NCBI GenBank assembly: GCA_009103225.1
Contig: RHPI01002533.1
Span: 1,493,186-1,557,185 of the forward strand
Direction of reading: 5' to 3'
DNA from: Chlorokybus atmophyticus
Taxonomy: Eukaryota; Plantae; Mesostigma and Chlorokybus algae
Length of the DNA: 64,000 bases
Shown: positions 1 to 13,222 of the stretch, piece after piece
How positions within the stretch are numbered: the stretch's first letter is position 1
Layout: the number at the start of each line of letters is the position of its first letter
The notes under the pieces: model-generated
Told to the model about the DNA's origin: nothing
What the model saw: the letters and a program-made list of their open reading frames with translations, nothing else
Database searches by the model: none
Translations under genes and position numbers: made by a program

Positions 1-1492
1 TGCCCTGGAACACTCTACCCGAGCCAGCTGGTGGCACATAACGCCTGTCCACCTCCCCAATGCCCGCTTGCGCCAATAGCCGATGTCTGCATGTTGTCAG
101 TCAAGTGTAACAACATACCAACAATGCTGCCTGAAGCGAGACACGGTCATGACACAGCAGCATGCAGTCATTGTTGACAGGATACACAAAAGCCGGGGTC
201 GCGAGGTAGTTCTTGCCGGTGTTGCGCGGGTGCAGAACGGTCAAGAAGTAATACAGGTGGCCAACAACAATGCCGAGCAAGTCCGGGATAGGGCTCCCGC
301 CCATCATCACAGCCAGCACCATCAACGCCCACGGCAAGTAAAATGCCTGTGAAACAGCTGCGTTACAAACTGACCAACACAGCTGCAAAAGCAGATGAAA
401 CTGCAATACAATTCATCAGCACCTGTAGTCGGAAAACACCCCATATGCTGACAGACTGATTGGCGTTGAAGCGGCTCCATAGATACAACACCATGAAGAC
501 CAGTGATGTACTCATCACTGATAGCCCTGGCACAACATATGCAACACCCTGCATGCGACATAGGAGCTATTTTAACAACCTGCCACACAGCAGCTATGCA
601 GAACCAGCTTCTCAAGGCAAAGCGGATGTGGGCACTGTGCTGGACTGGCCAGTGGAATCTGCTACTGGCCCGCTCAAAACAGGCCTAAGCCTCATTGTTG
701 CACGCATGATATGCACCAGTCTCATGTGGCTACCGAGCAAGCGTTTAAGGACGTGCGTTGATGAACAAGTCTGCTAGCGACTACAGTAAGTACTGCCATG
801 CACAACGCACTTACCAGCATGCACGCCATGCCAAACATGAGCATGAAGAGGAAGTCTGCTGTTCGTCCTTCGAATGTGTGCCGCTCAACATGACAACCAT
901 ATTGAATGCTGCACGTTCACACATTCAGATGTCAGATACTTTCAACTTTTGTAACCTGTAAGTCAACTGAACCGCATGGTGTAGAGCGCATTGAGCAAGA
1001 ACAAGTGCACTGAACTCACATGAAGATCAGGTTCATTACGAAGCCGATGCCAAACAAGCCCAGGAAGTGAAAGTTTGTGAGCAGGCGCCAGATCTGCAGG
1101 CAATGGATGCGAATTGTTCGTTAGGCGCATGCTTAAAAAAAATCCCAGAATGCTTGCCCATAGTTGCCCAGTAATTGACTGTTGCAACAGCTCTGTCGTC
1201 GCTCTTACATGAAACTTTCTGAATACTAGCGGAAAGCTGAGCACAAGCTTGCGCGGATCCATCAGCCCGAATTGGCATGCTATTGTCGTTCCAGCACACA
1301 GCGAGCCCCATATTCTGCATATAGGCGGCAGAGAGCGGTACCACCTGCAGGGCCAATCAAGAGTACAACGAATCACATGCGACGCAAGTTGACCGTCCAA
1401 GCATGCATTGCTGTATCGATACGAACGAGCATGAGCGCAGCTGAGACAAGTTCAACACACGACCAACACACGTACTCTCCAGGTGTCGACAT
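1..1492 (-). CDS. DER1: Derlin (Der1-like ERAD membrane protein), multi-exon, 3' end cut by window start
   Basis: Spliced exons read MSTPGE|WYRSLPPICRIWGSLCAGTTIACQFG...RKFH|IWRLLTNFHFLG...|...ERHTFEGRTADFLFMLMFG...|...LVFMVLYLWSR...|AFYLPWALMVL...DLLGIVVGHLYYFL, all derlin hallmarks. ATG at 1492, 17-nt first exon, GT-AG junctions. Derlin-1 vs -2 not resolved. Confidence 0.93.
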
Positions 1493-1946
1493 CTGCCTCT
1501 AAGTTCACTTCGTCCCCAAGAGGCCAGGCAGTGAGCAAACAAACACCTCAACTGCAACCTTGCTACTTTCGCCTTCTCCACCTGTCTCGACCCACCCCAA
1601 CAACAGCAGAATGAATGGATTCAACACGTGTATGGACACACACAGTAGGCACTCACACGCCCAACCGACGAGGTGCTGCACTGCCGCCGCCGCCTGCGCC
1701 ACAGCCAGCAACAGCAATCTCAGCCCTAACATGTGCATGCTCACAGTGCTCATGTTCGTTGAGCACTGAACCCAGGATCAGTTCGCTAAGCCCATGCGGC
1801 TGGGCCATGCACCCAAACACTGATCCGAGCGGATGATTGGGCTCAATGATCCTGCTTGCCTCACTGATCACGTTGATCACTGATGACACACTGGCCGAAA
1901 TAGCCCGAGATTGCAGCCTGCCAGGCTTCAGCGCCGGCGGCGGCGG

Positions 1947-3167
1947 ATGCTCAGCATGCAGGCTACGGGGAGGCTATCATCGTTGCTCTTCAGGTTTGTG
2001 GGACGTGGGCGTCCTGATGCTCGGTGTTGCACATCCTCTCCCTCAACTTCCTCCTCCGCTTCTGCGGCTGACGGGGACAAGGTGGTGAAGCCTGGCATGG
2101 TGCAGGTCAGGCGGGCTGGGCCGGTCATCACCATAATTGAGGACCCGCAGGATGTCTCGGCGGTTATTGATCGTCAGCTCGTCAGGAAGGAGCAAGACCC
2201 CGAGGTAGTGCGCGGAGAGCTGTACACACTGCGGAGAGAGGCGCTGGCGCTGTGAGTATGATAAAGGCTGCTTCCTTATGCTTGCGTGGATGCCGTGGTC
2301 TGTCTCAACGCATGCTAATATGTATGCTGCTTCCAATCCATCTTAAACTCAGCATGCCAACGTTATAAGCCAGGCTGATGCCTACAGTGCTCGCATGCAG
2401 TACCAACACATGCTGAGAGCTGCCATGCATGCTGCATGGCGTAGCTTACACCATGTGTTCCACAGCATGTCAGTATGACTGTGATCAAACGCAGTTGCCT
2501 TAACCGCGTTTAATCGGAGTCATGCTTTCGGTGAGACTCGGAAGTAGTAGCACAGCGGACAGAGCTCAATCTTACTAAATCTTACTGTTGGTCCATGTCT
2601 CGCTTAGTGTGTGTCAACCATGGCTGTTTCTGTCACACAGGTATCGTGACGTGCTGCGCCTGGCTCGCTTGTTCACCTGGCCGGACGAGCAGGGCAGGCC
2701 ATGGTAAGCACCTGGTGCTGTTGTGTCCAGTAAATGCTTATCCTGCTGTTGGGTATTCAAGCGGTAACATGCGGGGTGTGCCAGGCGTGAAGTGATTGAA
2801 ACAAGCGCGCGCACGGAGTATGAAGCTGCCAGGTTTGAAAAAGATCCGGAAGTGGTAAGTTGTCAACATGCGCAAGTTGTTATGTGGTCTCATGCTAACT
2901 CTCTCCATGTTGGTTAAACACTGCTGTCTTTGCTAGGTTGGACGGTTGCTGGTGCAAGGTAGAGACTACGTCGAGCAAACGCTGGACAGGGTACAGTGTT
3001 ACAGTAACGTCTTGCTGCCAGCTACCAGCCCTACTGCAATCGCGTGCACCCCAAGGTGCGTCATGTTGAGCAACACTAACACAAGCGCCTTGCAGATGGC
3101 TGAGAAAGTTCAAGCAGATATCGCCGCTTCCGAACAACAAGACCCACGCCGGACTGAGCCGGATTGA
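1947..3167 (+). CDS. LYR-motif-like (Complex1_LYR-type) small protein, probably mitochondrial
   Basis: Exons join to ...RREALAL|YRDVLRLARLFTWPDEQGRPW|REVIETSARTEYEAARFEKDPEV|VGRLLVQGRDYVEQTLDR|MAEKVQAD...EPD*. LYR-like tripeptide followed by the typical helical pattern; Ser/Arg-rich N-terminus. Confidence 0.75.
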
Positions 3168-3629
3168 GCCAGAGAGAAATACCATGGCTGCAATCAGCCT
3201 GTAGTGCTACACATAGGTTGTAACCAGATCTTGGTCATGTACAGCTGATTCTTACAACATGCAGTTACTGGTGCGTGATGGTAGTTGCATTCCTATGTCG
3301 CGTAGTCGGTCCTTGTAGTCGGTCCTCAGCATGTATGTTGGTTGTTGAACGATCCTATTGCATCGCTACCCACACTCAAGTCCAAGCAGTCTTGCCTATG
3401 TATGCGCACACAATGCGATAGGTGTTTGAAAGGTTTGTGCAAACAAAAGTGTTGCACGATGTTGGCCACTAACTTCACTTGGTGATTGTGTCGCAACGTG
3501 TGGTGTGGTGTTCACAACAGATAATGCTGCATTTGTCTCATGCATGGGGTGTAAGCACATTGGCTTAATTATTGATTGCTTACTGGTTGGCTTGCACTAT
3601 TCTGTGGTGCTGTTCTTCTACCCTTTGCA

Positions 3630-4460
3630 TGCGGTGTAACCCACAGTAAGTACATGCAGATGTGGCCATGTTCGCGAATCTTAACATTGTGGTGTCTCAA
3701 GCATATCGTTTCATGCGAATTACTACTTACAGAGCACACTTTGTGAATGAGATGGTCGTATTGAATGACACTCTGGTCGCTGCAGGATACAATCAACGCA
3801 AGTTGACTGCACGACTGCAGCGGGTGCTGGGTAATAAGTATTGGTATGGTGATTGTTCTGAGTTGTAATTGTTTCAGTTGGTGTGCAGGCGGTTGAGGGA
3901 GGGAGTGCCACGGAGATGACTGCACAACATGATCGGTATCATCACCAAAAGCAGGTAGTACATGTAAGTTGTGATGCCTTGGTGGGGGGAGCACACTGTG
4001 CCCGCATGCAGAGTGCGGTCGTGCTTGCTGTTGGTTTGTGTGTGTGCATGTTGGCTGCATGCTTGCTATGGACTGTGAATGGTTGATGCATGTGCTGCTG
4101 CTGTGTGTGACTGTTCAGTCATAAAAAGGCCATTTTCGTACTTGCCTGCCTGTAATACACCAACCCTACTAACGGCTACACTAACCATACTCGGATAGGT
4201 GATAATTGTGCAGTCTGTTGTCGTCGTTGTTGTGGCAGAGGTTGGTGGTGAGGTTGGGTTGGCGGGCGCGGGGGGTTGTCGCGCTTCACAAGCACGCTTT
4301 ACACACATCGCACTATACACAAACGTTCTACAAGCCCGCACTCAACTGCTCGTTCTCTTCGCCTCGCCTTCTGCAGGTTGTTCGCCTGCCCCATCTTGCT
4401 TGCTGCTACCAGCACTTGCATGCACTTGCACAGACGCATTCACATAGCTAGTCGGGTTGT
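3630..4460 (+). mobile_element. 5'-truncated Penelope-like retroelement remnant (RT thumb C-terminus plus terminal-repeat-like tail)
   Basis: 3662-3868 reads NIVVSQAYRFMRITTYRAHFVNEMVVLNDTLVAAGY...YG, aligning with the RT C-terminus at 19860-20086 (GVVISHCIRFLRLSTYRAHH...MVMLLRQMVAKGY...YG). Downstream is a GTC/GTT-rich tract and a branch-point/polypyrimidine/TGCAG acceptor (4341-4376) like the other PLE repeats. Confidence 0.7.
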
Positions 4461-5228
4461 ATAGTAGTGTTAGTCGGATATACCCCCTGGCTAAATTGTG
4501 TATTATTGGCTGTATTTGCCTAGCTGGTGTCCTCGCTAAGTAAGTTGTCTATGCATGTCTATGATAACATATGCATAAACCTAAAAACGCACCTTACACA
4601 TCCACCATCGTGGTGTGGTGGTTACCGTTATAAACGCCAATCTTGTTGTTGTTGCACTAACAGTAGGTACAAGTTGATGTCGATAACTTAAGCAGATAGT
4701 GAAGACATGGTGAAGGATTCCTAACATGGTTGTAGGAATTTGTCAGGCCCCACCTAGGCCTAGAGATGTCAACAAGCCTGCAGGCCACTCAAAGTTCACA
4801 ACAAAACCAGCGCTGGACTCGACATCTGCAATCAACTTGAGCTCGAAACGCAATCACTGTTGAAAAGGTGCACGTGACAAATTGAGGGATTGCCGTCGGC
4901 GGATGCATTGCCCAAACGCCTGCACGTCAGCGCATATCCCGTTGTTGGTTACCGCGCCGCCGTTTTGCCACACAGGTCGAGAGCAAACAGTTTATCAGGG
5001 GTTTTGTTAACCGAGAACCACAAAGTGCTTCCTTGTGGACACCGCCAACTACACTGTACGAGTTAGTCGTCTCGGTTAGACGAACCAAAACAGGCAGATA
5101 CTCAGCCGTTTCTATTCATGCCAAACCGAGCAGAACGGCTTCGTAACCGGCACCGAACTGAAACAATTAGGGCACCGCAAGCAGATTGCGCACGATTGAA
5201 ACAGCTAGCAGGCGGCGGTAGCGGCAGC

Positions 5229-5251
5229 GGGGGCGGGGGCGGGGGCGGGGG
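5229..5251 (+). repeat. (GGGGGC)3GGGGG G-quadruplex-forming motif upstream of TVP38 gene
   Basis: Four G5 runs separated by single C, read directly. Confidence 0.7.
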
Positions 5252-5558
5252 CGTCATCAAGCAGACATTTGTGTACGTGTGGCTGCAGCAGCTGCAGCTG
5301 CTGGGGGGCTTGCTGGAGGGTGTTGAGACGTGCAACCAATCCGAGCTGGGGTTGTTGCTCAAGACCGGAGAGACAGTTGTGCAATGCCGAGTGCTGGCTG
5401 CTGAGTGGACAGCAGGTCTGCATGAACATTAGCGTACAGGGAGGGTGCTTGGCACATGATGTTGTTGTGGGCAGATGCAGTCTGGTTGAGATAGCCTTAC
5501 AAGTTAATCTGCTGCCTTCAGCTTTGCTGCGCCGGAGGGCGAGCACAATAGCTGTGAG

Positions 5559-8500
5559 ATGGAAAACACGCCTGTGCTTCCATATAGTGTAGACGAGAAT
5601 GCGCCTTCCACGTCGCTTCCATCGTCGTCGCTGATGGCCGCAGCAGCCATGCCTGGAGCGCTGCCCGTGGGGCTGAGCAGGCCCAAGCGCAGCCGATCGC
5701 GCACGCAGTCTGCCCCGCCGCACCTGCTGGAGATCGGAAACCAGCTGGCGCAGGAGGATCGCGACCATGGGCCATCAATTAGGCTCCCAGAAGAATACCC
5801 GGTCGCCGCGCAGGATGAGAATCAAGCAAAGGTGAGTTACTGTGCAACACTTGTCACAGGCGACGCGTGACTTTCCCATTCCACTTGCAGTCTGTGCTCT
5901 GCTCAAGTATTTGCCGTTGCTTTGGTCGAAGCACGAGGTGATGCCTACTGGCTTCCACACTAGGTAGGGTGTCATATCACTTTGACAGTTAGAGTGTATC
6001 ATGTCCATAACGTTGGTCAATCAATATACTATGGAACCAAATTGCAGAAGCACATATGATTCTAGTAAGTTTGGTCGGTAGATTTGTTGATCTAGATAGC
6101 TCGGGGTCCCACTTTTCTATCTGCCGTTGTAGGGTACTGCGCTGGCACTCGATGTCCACAGTATATTTTGTGATGGTTTGCATGTGCAAGGGACTTGACA
6201 CCAGCACATTTTGGTGACTTACTTTATGTAGGCAAACGGTTCTGATCCTGCCTCATAACGATGTTGATTGCATTATTAACAGTAACAGGTGTGCATACTT
6301 AGTCAGGGCTGTTAGCCAGTTGCCAAGCAGCATCCCAAGTGGTTGCCTGTATTAAAGTCGATTACTACATATATACGTACTTCATGACAAGTTTACTGGT
6401 GGCTCCGCCCCTCTCTCAGCACAGCACAACCTTACTGCGAGTCCAATGCAACACTCGTTATAAACACACACAGCTAGCTGCACCCGTGCATGTGCGTGGT
6501 GGCTTCAGTTGGGCTAATAGTGCCATGAGCGTACACTGGGTACAGCAGCGCTATGCGTGTGCATTGAGGTTTCAATTGGACTGCTGATCTGTACCATGCG
6601 CAAATGTTGGGTACAACACAGCTAATTGCAGCCAACAGCTGAATGCTGTAGTGCTCACTGCAGTCAAACAGACATGGTTGGGGTGTGTCACGCTACAGTG
6701 TTGGAAAGAACTGCTCCCTAAGCAGTGGTGTTTGCGTCGCACATGATGTGCCTACTGAAAAGTGGACATGGCATGTGTTACCGCATCCGTCCCTTTGCTC
6801 AACAGAAAGCAGTCTGGTTGTTCTGCTGCAGTCTAACGGGTTCATTACTCAATTGCAGCGGGAGCTCAAGCAGCCTATGCTGAGTGAAACAGAGCGCACA
6901 TTTGCTTCCGATGATCCGGTGTTTGAGTTGGGTAATGGTCGCGAGAGAGACATGCTTGCTACCGACCAGTTGTATCATACTTCAGCTATACCAGTGGTCG
7001 TCACCCCAGTGATTGGTAGGCATCGTCGATTGCGCAGCCTAAGTGCACTAATGGCTGGAGATCAGGATACCCGGCGACATACCTTGCGGGCAGGCACCAT
7101 GCCATCTTTGTCTTCTGAAGACACTCCAAGCAGGTTAGCATGCTTCTGTACGCCATGTAGTGCATTGCCTTATGCCCAGCATACAGTTGGGTTGCTGAGA
7201 GAGCATGCCACAATGGAGTTTTGCAATCTGCGAATAGCATAGCGGTTGGCAGTGCTGACAGCATAGTGGATAGTATAGCGGTAGGCAGTGCTGCCCGCTT
7301 GTGCTGACAGCACTGCTAGCTGCTGGAGCGTGTTAACCCAGAACCAACATCATGGATGTGAATCTTGCTACAGACCGACTTCAGTAAGTGACGGGCTGCT
7401 CCTGAGTCCACTGTTCGAGACTTATAACAATTCAAATCTTTTGCCATCTGCGTCGCTTGAACCCCTTATAAGCCGACCGCCAAGCGATCCAAGGCGAAGG
7501 CGAAAATGGATACTGAAGTGGGGACTTGTTCTGCTTATACTTGCTGGTCTTGGTGTTGGGCTGTATTTCCTCTGGCCAATTCTATCGAATAAGGTACAAT
7601 GTGGGCGCATTGTTTGGCGTACAGTGTTCATGTTCAATCATGTCTTAATCTTTGTTCTAGGTCATTGCTGAAGCTCTGCTGATTGACAGGTGATCATACC
7701 CGCATTGGACTGGGTAGACCACCACCTACCCAACTGGGCCATTGCTCTTATTATTTTGGGCTCTCTGACGTTCTTGCCTGCTTTAATGATGCCATCTGCG
7801 CCTTTGTTATGGCTGGCGGGTGTGGTGTTTCGTTACTGGCCAGGGTTCGCCTTGGTCACCGCAGGCGTGCTTATGGGAATGACAGTACCTTTTTTTATCG
7901 GCCAAAAGTTCTTGCGGCACAGAGTGCGCGGCTGGCTGGACAGAAAGAAGAAGATAGCGTTTCTGATTCGGTCTGCAGAGCGCCAACACCCTTTCAAGTA
8001 TGTGTCGCTTACTTGGATGCAGCGTGCTCCATTGCACCAATGCAACTATGTCTGATGTATCGCCTCTGCCAGGTGGGTTATGCTGCTTAGGCTGGCGGAC
8101 ATGCCTTACACGGTAGTGAACTACCTGTTTTCAACAACGTCGATACCGTTCAAAACGTACATTGTCGCTTCGCTGGTCGGCCAGTCGCCACACAATTTCG
8201 CTTCATTATATATGTAAGCAGCTGGCCTTTTTCTTCCTGAGCTCATCACATGGTGTTACGCGCAATGGACAGTCCTGTAAGCATGTGCGTTGTGGGTTTG
8301 CCTATTGCCACCTTCCTGGTCACATACCTCGTACTCGTACTAGTAAGCATGTAGAGTCAACAGTAGTGGGTTGTTTCTGCACAATCTTATGAGGCAACCT
8401 TGGTGGCAGTGGCATTACGTTGAAGGACTTGGCAGAGGCGTCCAAGCATGGACACAAGCTGTCCAAAGTGACCATTGTGGAGATTGTGCTGGGCGCGGTG

Positions 8501-8987
8501 GCGGTCGTGCTGGTCATAGTAGGTGGCGCTCTGTGGGCCCGTCAAACTCTGAGGAAGATGGAAATGGAGGAAAGAACCCTGGAAGAGCACAGGCGCTTGC
8601 AGCAGGATGGTGATGAAGGAACCATAGGTCAGTGCTAGGGTACTGCTGGAAGCAGTTGCACACTATCTATTGAGTGCCATCTTTATGTATGAAGCTGCAC
8701 TGACTATGCTACCAAGCAGTTTAGCCAGACGCTCAAGTTCCTTCTTCTGTGCAGATGTCGTGTCCACCACCGAGCCGCGCACAATGGAGCTTTCACCACT
8801 GCCTGTTGACGAGCAGGGCCACATTGATCTAGTGGTTACCACACCAGGGGCTGTCCCTGATGTGGGTGGACAGATCCCAACATCACCGCCTGTACGGGCA
8901 CGCACACCCCGAACACCGAGTAGGCTGCAGCCTACCAGGTCGCTGCAAAGCCAGAACAGCCGCAACTTGGAACTGTTAGAGGTGTAG
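5559..8987 (+). CDS. TVP38/TMEM64 family (SNARE-associated Golgi, DedA/VTT domain) membrane protein with long disordered N-terminus
   Basis: Core exons: ILKWGLVLLILAGLGVGLYFLWP...IIPALDW...LPALMMPSAPLLWLAGVVFRYWPGFALVTAGVLMGMTVPFFIGQKFLR...LLRLADMPYTVVNYLFSTTSIPFKTYIVASLVG. Core is secure; linkage of the 5559 and ~6830 exons is inferred from splice sites. Confidence 0.85.
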
Positions 8988-10221
8988 GGTCGTTTTATCC
9001 ATTGCTGGCCATCCACAGATTGGCAGGTTGACTTGTCGTGTCTCTGGACGTTTGCCATTCAGTTGCTTTGATGCAAGCTGTACAGCCATGGCGCCACTGG
9101 GATGATGTATTGGCATGTTCCGTGTGCTTGAATTGTGTCGGTTATTTGCTGGACTCAGTTGCTTGAGTTGCTTGAGCATGCACGCACAGGCCGACCCAAA
9201 GTTGTCTGAAGTGAGCGGTAAACTCAGCTGTGCAACAGCATCAGAGCATTTGCTTTTCTTGTGAACTTGCGATTACCTGGAGGATAATGCAAACCACGCG
9301 GTTCATGACAGGTAGCATACACATTGGAGCTGCAGTCCAGCACACAATTTGCAACTTATAACGCGGCCTGGCATCATGGGTCCAACAACATGAACTCTTA
9401 GACATTTTGCTGAGTGTAGCGTTGTTGTGCTGATGTTGTGTTGTGCGGTGGCCGTAAGCATGGACATCGTGTATGTGCTGTAGCATTGCGGTAACGTTAT
9501 TAGTGTTTGATGACATGAGTGGCATAGCTGTGGCACCCAGCACTTGCGACTGGTTGCAAGTTGTGCTGCTCTCCCTACACATCATGTGTGCCTTAGGTTT
9601 GGAGATGGAAGGTACAGCCCCGCATGCTTGCACGCATGGACTGCACAAGTGGCGCTTTGCATGTGGGGCTGAGCAGAGTTTGTATAGCTAATCAGTAGCT
9701 GGGTAGATATTGTCAGTTTACGAGGTTCGGGCCAAGATTCCAAGCCAATCAGACTAGCGGGAGCAAGAGTGGCCATCCAATGACAAGACCTCCCACCCTA
9801 ACACCAACATCGCGGACGATGTTATGCGTGGTGGTAGCACAATGCTTGCATTTCTTGAAACGGAGCACATGTCGTTCACACTGGGTGCCGGACTCAACAA
9901 ACCTACTGACAGCCATGACGGCTATGCATAAAGTGCTGCGTTGTAAGTTGCGCACATGGATACACGTGCAGTTGTGGGATGGTGTGTGATACGATGTACA
10001 AGAACCTCTTGCGCCTAGTGTGCAAGCGCATTACGGGCTCAGCCGTGACCTGCAGGTAAGTGCAGGTAAGTCACAGATTGGCTAGTGTGGGGAGAAGGCA
10101 GCTGCCCGCATGTAAGTCGCGGTCAATACTTTGTCCTCATATCGTGTGGGACTGTGAAGCAGTCATGCATAATGCCTTGGTAACCACACGCGCGCTGTCG
10201 CATGTGCGCAACTTGTCCCAT

Positions 10222-10618
10222 TGTCACGCCGCGCATTACAAAAAAATCATTAAGCCGTGATGCCTCTCCTCATGGCAGCGACTTTTGCTACCATGGCCGA
10301 GATGGTTGTTACATTGGTACCGCGGGCTTGGGACACAGGTTCGAACCCTGTTGCGTGCGGATGAGCGGGAGGGCGACTGTGTTTTTCATGTGATCAGTGA
10401 TCGAGGTTGAACGCGCGAGTCACTCCGTGCATCGGCTGCGCGCTGAGCCGAGCGGCCAGGTACCTAGCCGGTGCGGGGCATAACAGCCGTACACGGGACG
10501 CGGCAGTGCGTCGCGGGTGAAAGCCGAGAGGAATGTCACGCCGCGCACTAGATGATAATCATAAAACCGTGACGCCTCTCCTCGCGGTAGCGACTTTTGC
10601 TACAATGGCGAGATGGTT
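10222..10618. repeat. Pair of ~85-bp direct repeats (10222-10307, 10534-10618)
   Basis: Both read tgtcacgccgcgca...aatcat...ccgtga.gcctctcctc..gg.agcgacttttgctac.atgg(c)cgagatggtt. Confidence 0.85.
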
Positions 10619-11409
10619 CGTTCGGCTGTTGACCATGTTTGATGACGCAGTAACTATAGCGTGTAATCATTTAGCGTTAAAGGGTAGAGTGGATAAGTTA
10701 GAACGAGGATGAGTAGTGGCGGCATGTCTTTGGGGTATGGGGCCTGCCCCGACCTCGTACCGCCAAAAACGCGGTCGTTTTAACCATTAATTGTGCCGCA
10801 ATTGCACCAAATCCCTAGCAGTTTTGGGTCGCCGTTGGTAAGCGGTTGCCGCTGAGATATTTTTCAGCATCTTTTACGCATCTTTGCAATGATTGGTTAT
10901 TTCGCTGCGTTTTTGAGCAACTGGCTGTTGTCACCGTTGCGATCCCATTTGATCAATCTCATGCGTGACCAAATGGTGGCCTAACGATGCGATTTTTCGT
11001 TTAGTTGAATCTTAACGTTAAGGTAATTCAGGTTAGCATTACTTTGATGGTCGTAACCTCGGCATTATTTACTAAGTATTGCAGCATGTACCGTGGCGTG
11101 AACGTTACGTTGATTATTAAGTTTTGAAACACTTAACAGCATTTGCTAATATCGCACCACGTTGCACCATATCGCCGCATATGTCATCATATCGCAACAT
11201 TTTGCTACACATCAGAGATATTGTGCATGTGGATTTGCACCTTTGCACGCCCTCATTGCTGGACTCAAAACTCAAAAACATCCTCAAGTTATGGCACTTG
11301 ACCCTAATACTTAATGTATTATCTTAATACATGTGGGACATGTTCAGATCATATAAGCCATGTGAAACCATATGCCGCCAAATGTGCACTATGTTGTCCT
11401 CATTTTTTG

Positions 11410-11775
11410 CAATGTATATTATATGTATATATATCATAGATTATAAATATACATTATGTATAAAAGATTACATGTAACATATATATTATGCACATAATAT
11501 TATACATATACATAACATAGTATATTATTATATGCATATAATGTGTATAATGCTATATAGCATTTTATGATATATATGTATATTTTTATTTCAAATATAG
11601 TGTAATGTATGTATGATATAAGATTACTCATATATAAGTGCGTATATATCATATAAATTTTGCACTAATGATACATATATATATCTTATTGCTATAAATT
11701 ACAATGCATTATATTATATGTAGTCATAATTGCATATAGTTATCAGGAACATCATAAATAAAGTATATATAGTTC
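11410..11775. repeat. Very AT-rich degenerate (TA)n low-complexity tract
   Basis: Almost entirely ta/tat/ata runs against a ~50% GC background. Confidence 0.85.
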
Positions 11776-12171
11776 GCATATATTTTGAGCAGTTGCATGA
11801 CATGGGATGAGCTTTGGACGGTCGAGATTTGTGTTGACAGATTGAACGGCCGATAGCTAATAATGGCCGCGTAGCCAATGAGAGGCAGGCGGGCCGCGCA
11901 TACCGCGCAGCCCGGCAGTGGCGGGTGCCGTATGTCACTGATGGCCTGGTGGTAATGTGTCTTGCCTAATGCCGGCCGGCCGGCCGGCCCAATCACACGC
12001 CCAATCAGCCGCACCGCTCGTTGTTACACCCATAACATGATAATATGAGTGCACAGTCGCGCGCATTCGGTAGTAATTGTCGCAAACGGTCCAGTGCACA
12101 TACCTTGCTTGGTTGCGTGTGTTGGCATTCCACTGCCTGTGCGCTATTGGATGCCAACCACCGAACTGCTG

Positions 12172-12465
12172 GCGGCGGGGGCCAAGCAATGTCGTTGTGT
12201 CGTTGGCGTTGTTGCTGTTCAAGTCGCTGTTGCTGTGCATGCTACCGCCCCTACTAAAGGACCTGAGCTAACCTCTCCTTGTGCCTCTTCCAAAGGTATA
12301 TAGTACATAGGCTATGCACTGCGGTTGTGATAGTTCCCTGCTGCCTTGCCCGCTTGCCCCTGCATGCTTCCCGGCAGCACTTGAGGCTCAAGTTGAGGGC
12401 CTAGTCTGGTCTAAGATTAAGTCTTAGGCTAGGCTTCGTGTAAAGCTCCGTCTTGGCCCCTGCTT
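12172..12465 (+). repeat. PLE terminal-repeat family copy 1
   Basis: ggcggcgggggccaag...GTC-rich...tgcatgctaccgcccctact...gctaacctctccttgtgcctc...cttggcccc; clear similarity to 45776-45990. Confidence 0.75.
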
Positions 12466-13222
12466 AATTGCGTGCTGCTGTGCCTGCTGCTACTTTGTTG
12501 GTGGCACTGCTTGCGACCATGTGAAAAGCATGACAGCACTAGGTGAGTCACATGGTAGCTGAGCGCGCCTGTTGTGGGCCGCCCACAGCATGGCATGCGT
12601 CGTGAGGCTGTGTATGTGTGACTATAAACCTTTTGTGCCTCACCCCTTCCTTTGTTGTTGTGTGCTTGTTATTTACAATGATGCCTTTGAAGCACACACA
12701 TCTCTCGGATGTGGTGTATGACGTTTGCATATGCGTGACACCTTGCATGCGACCAATGTAGTATACTATCTTTTATACACACCACACCGTAGTGGTCTTC
12801 GGGCTGTCCTATTCTAGAGGCAAGCCGGGGCGCTTACCCTTTCATGATAGCGTCTGGCTAACTTATGTCACGGCATTGGTGTGCATGCCGTGTGATACAT
12901 GCCCATGTAGACTGCGAGCATGAGCGTGCTTTGAGTGCATCTGCGTGGAATGTGGGTGATCCAATCACCCACGAGTAGGGGTGCTTGATCGGGAGCACTT
13001 TGCATGCATAAATAGGTCAAACGTAAGACTTCAACTCGTTGGTTATGCAGGGCAGTGTATCCACCACCTACGTCATGTCGCGTGGCAACCAGCATGTGAA
13101 CGAGCAAGTGTGAAACAGAGCATTTTGGACATCCATTACCGCTGGCAGCTATCAACACTACGAGGTATACGCTACAAAGTAAAGCGTTGCTATTGTCAAC
13201 AATTGATCGTCATGTTATCTGT

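Noticed and set aside
9000-10050. Possible retroelement C-terminal zinc finger on the minus strand (ERHVL..KCKHC)
   Set aside because: No convincing CCHC spacing or adjacent RT motifs.
12177-12465. HDV/CPEB3-like ribozyme (GGGGGCC...GGCCCCT P1 with G-U)
   Set aside because: P3/L3, J1/4 G(G), P4 and P2 are not recoverable across copies; most have AAAT after the helix.
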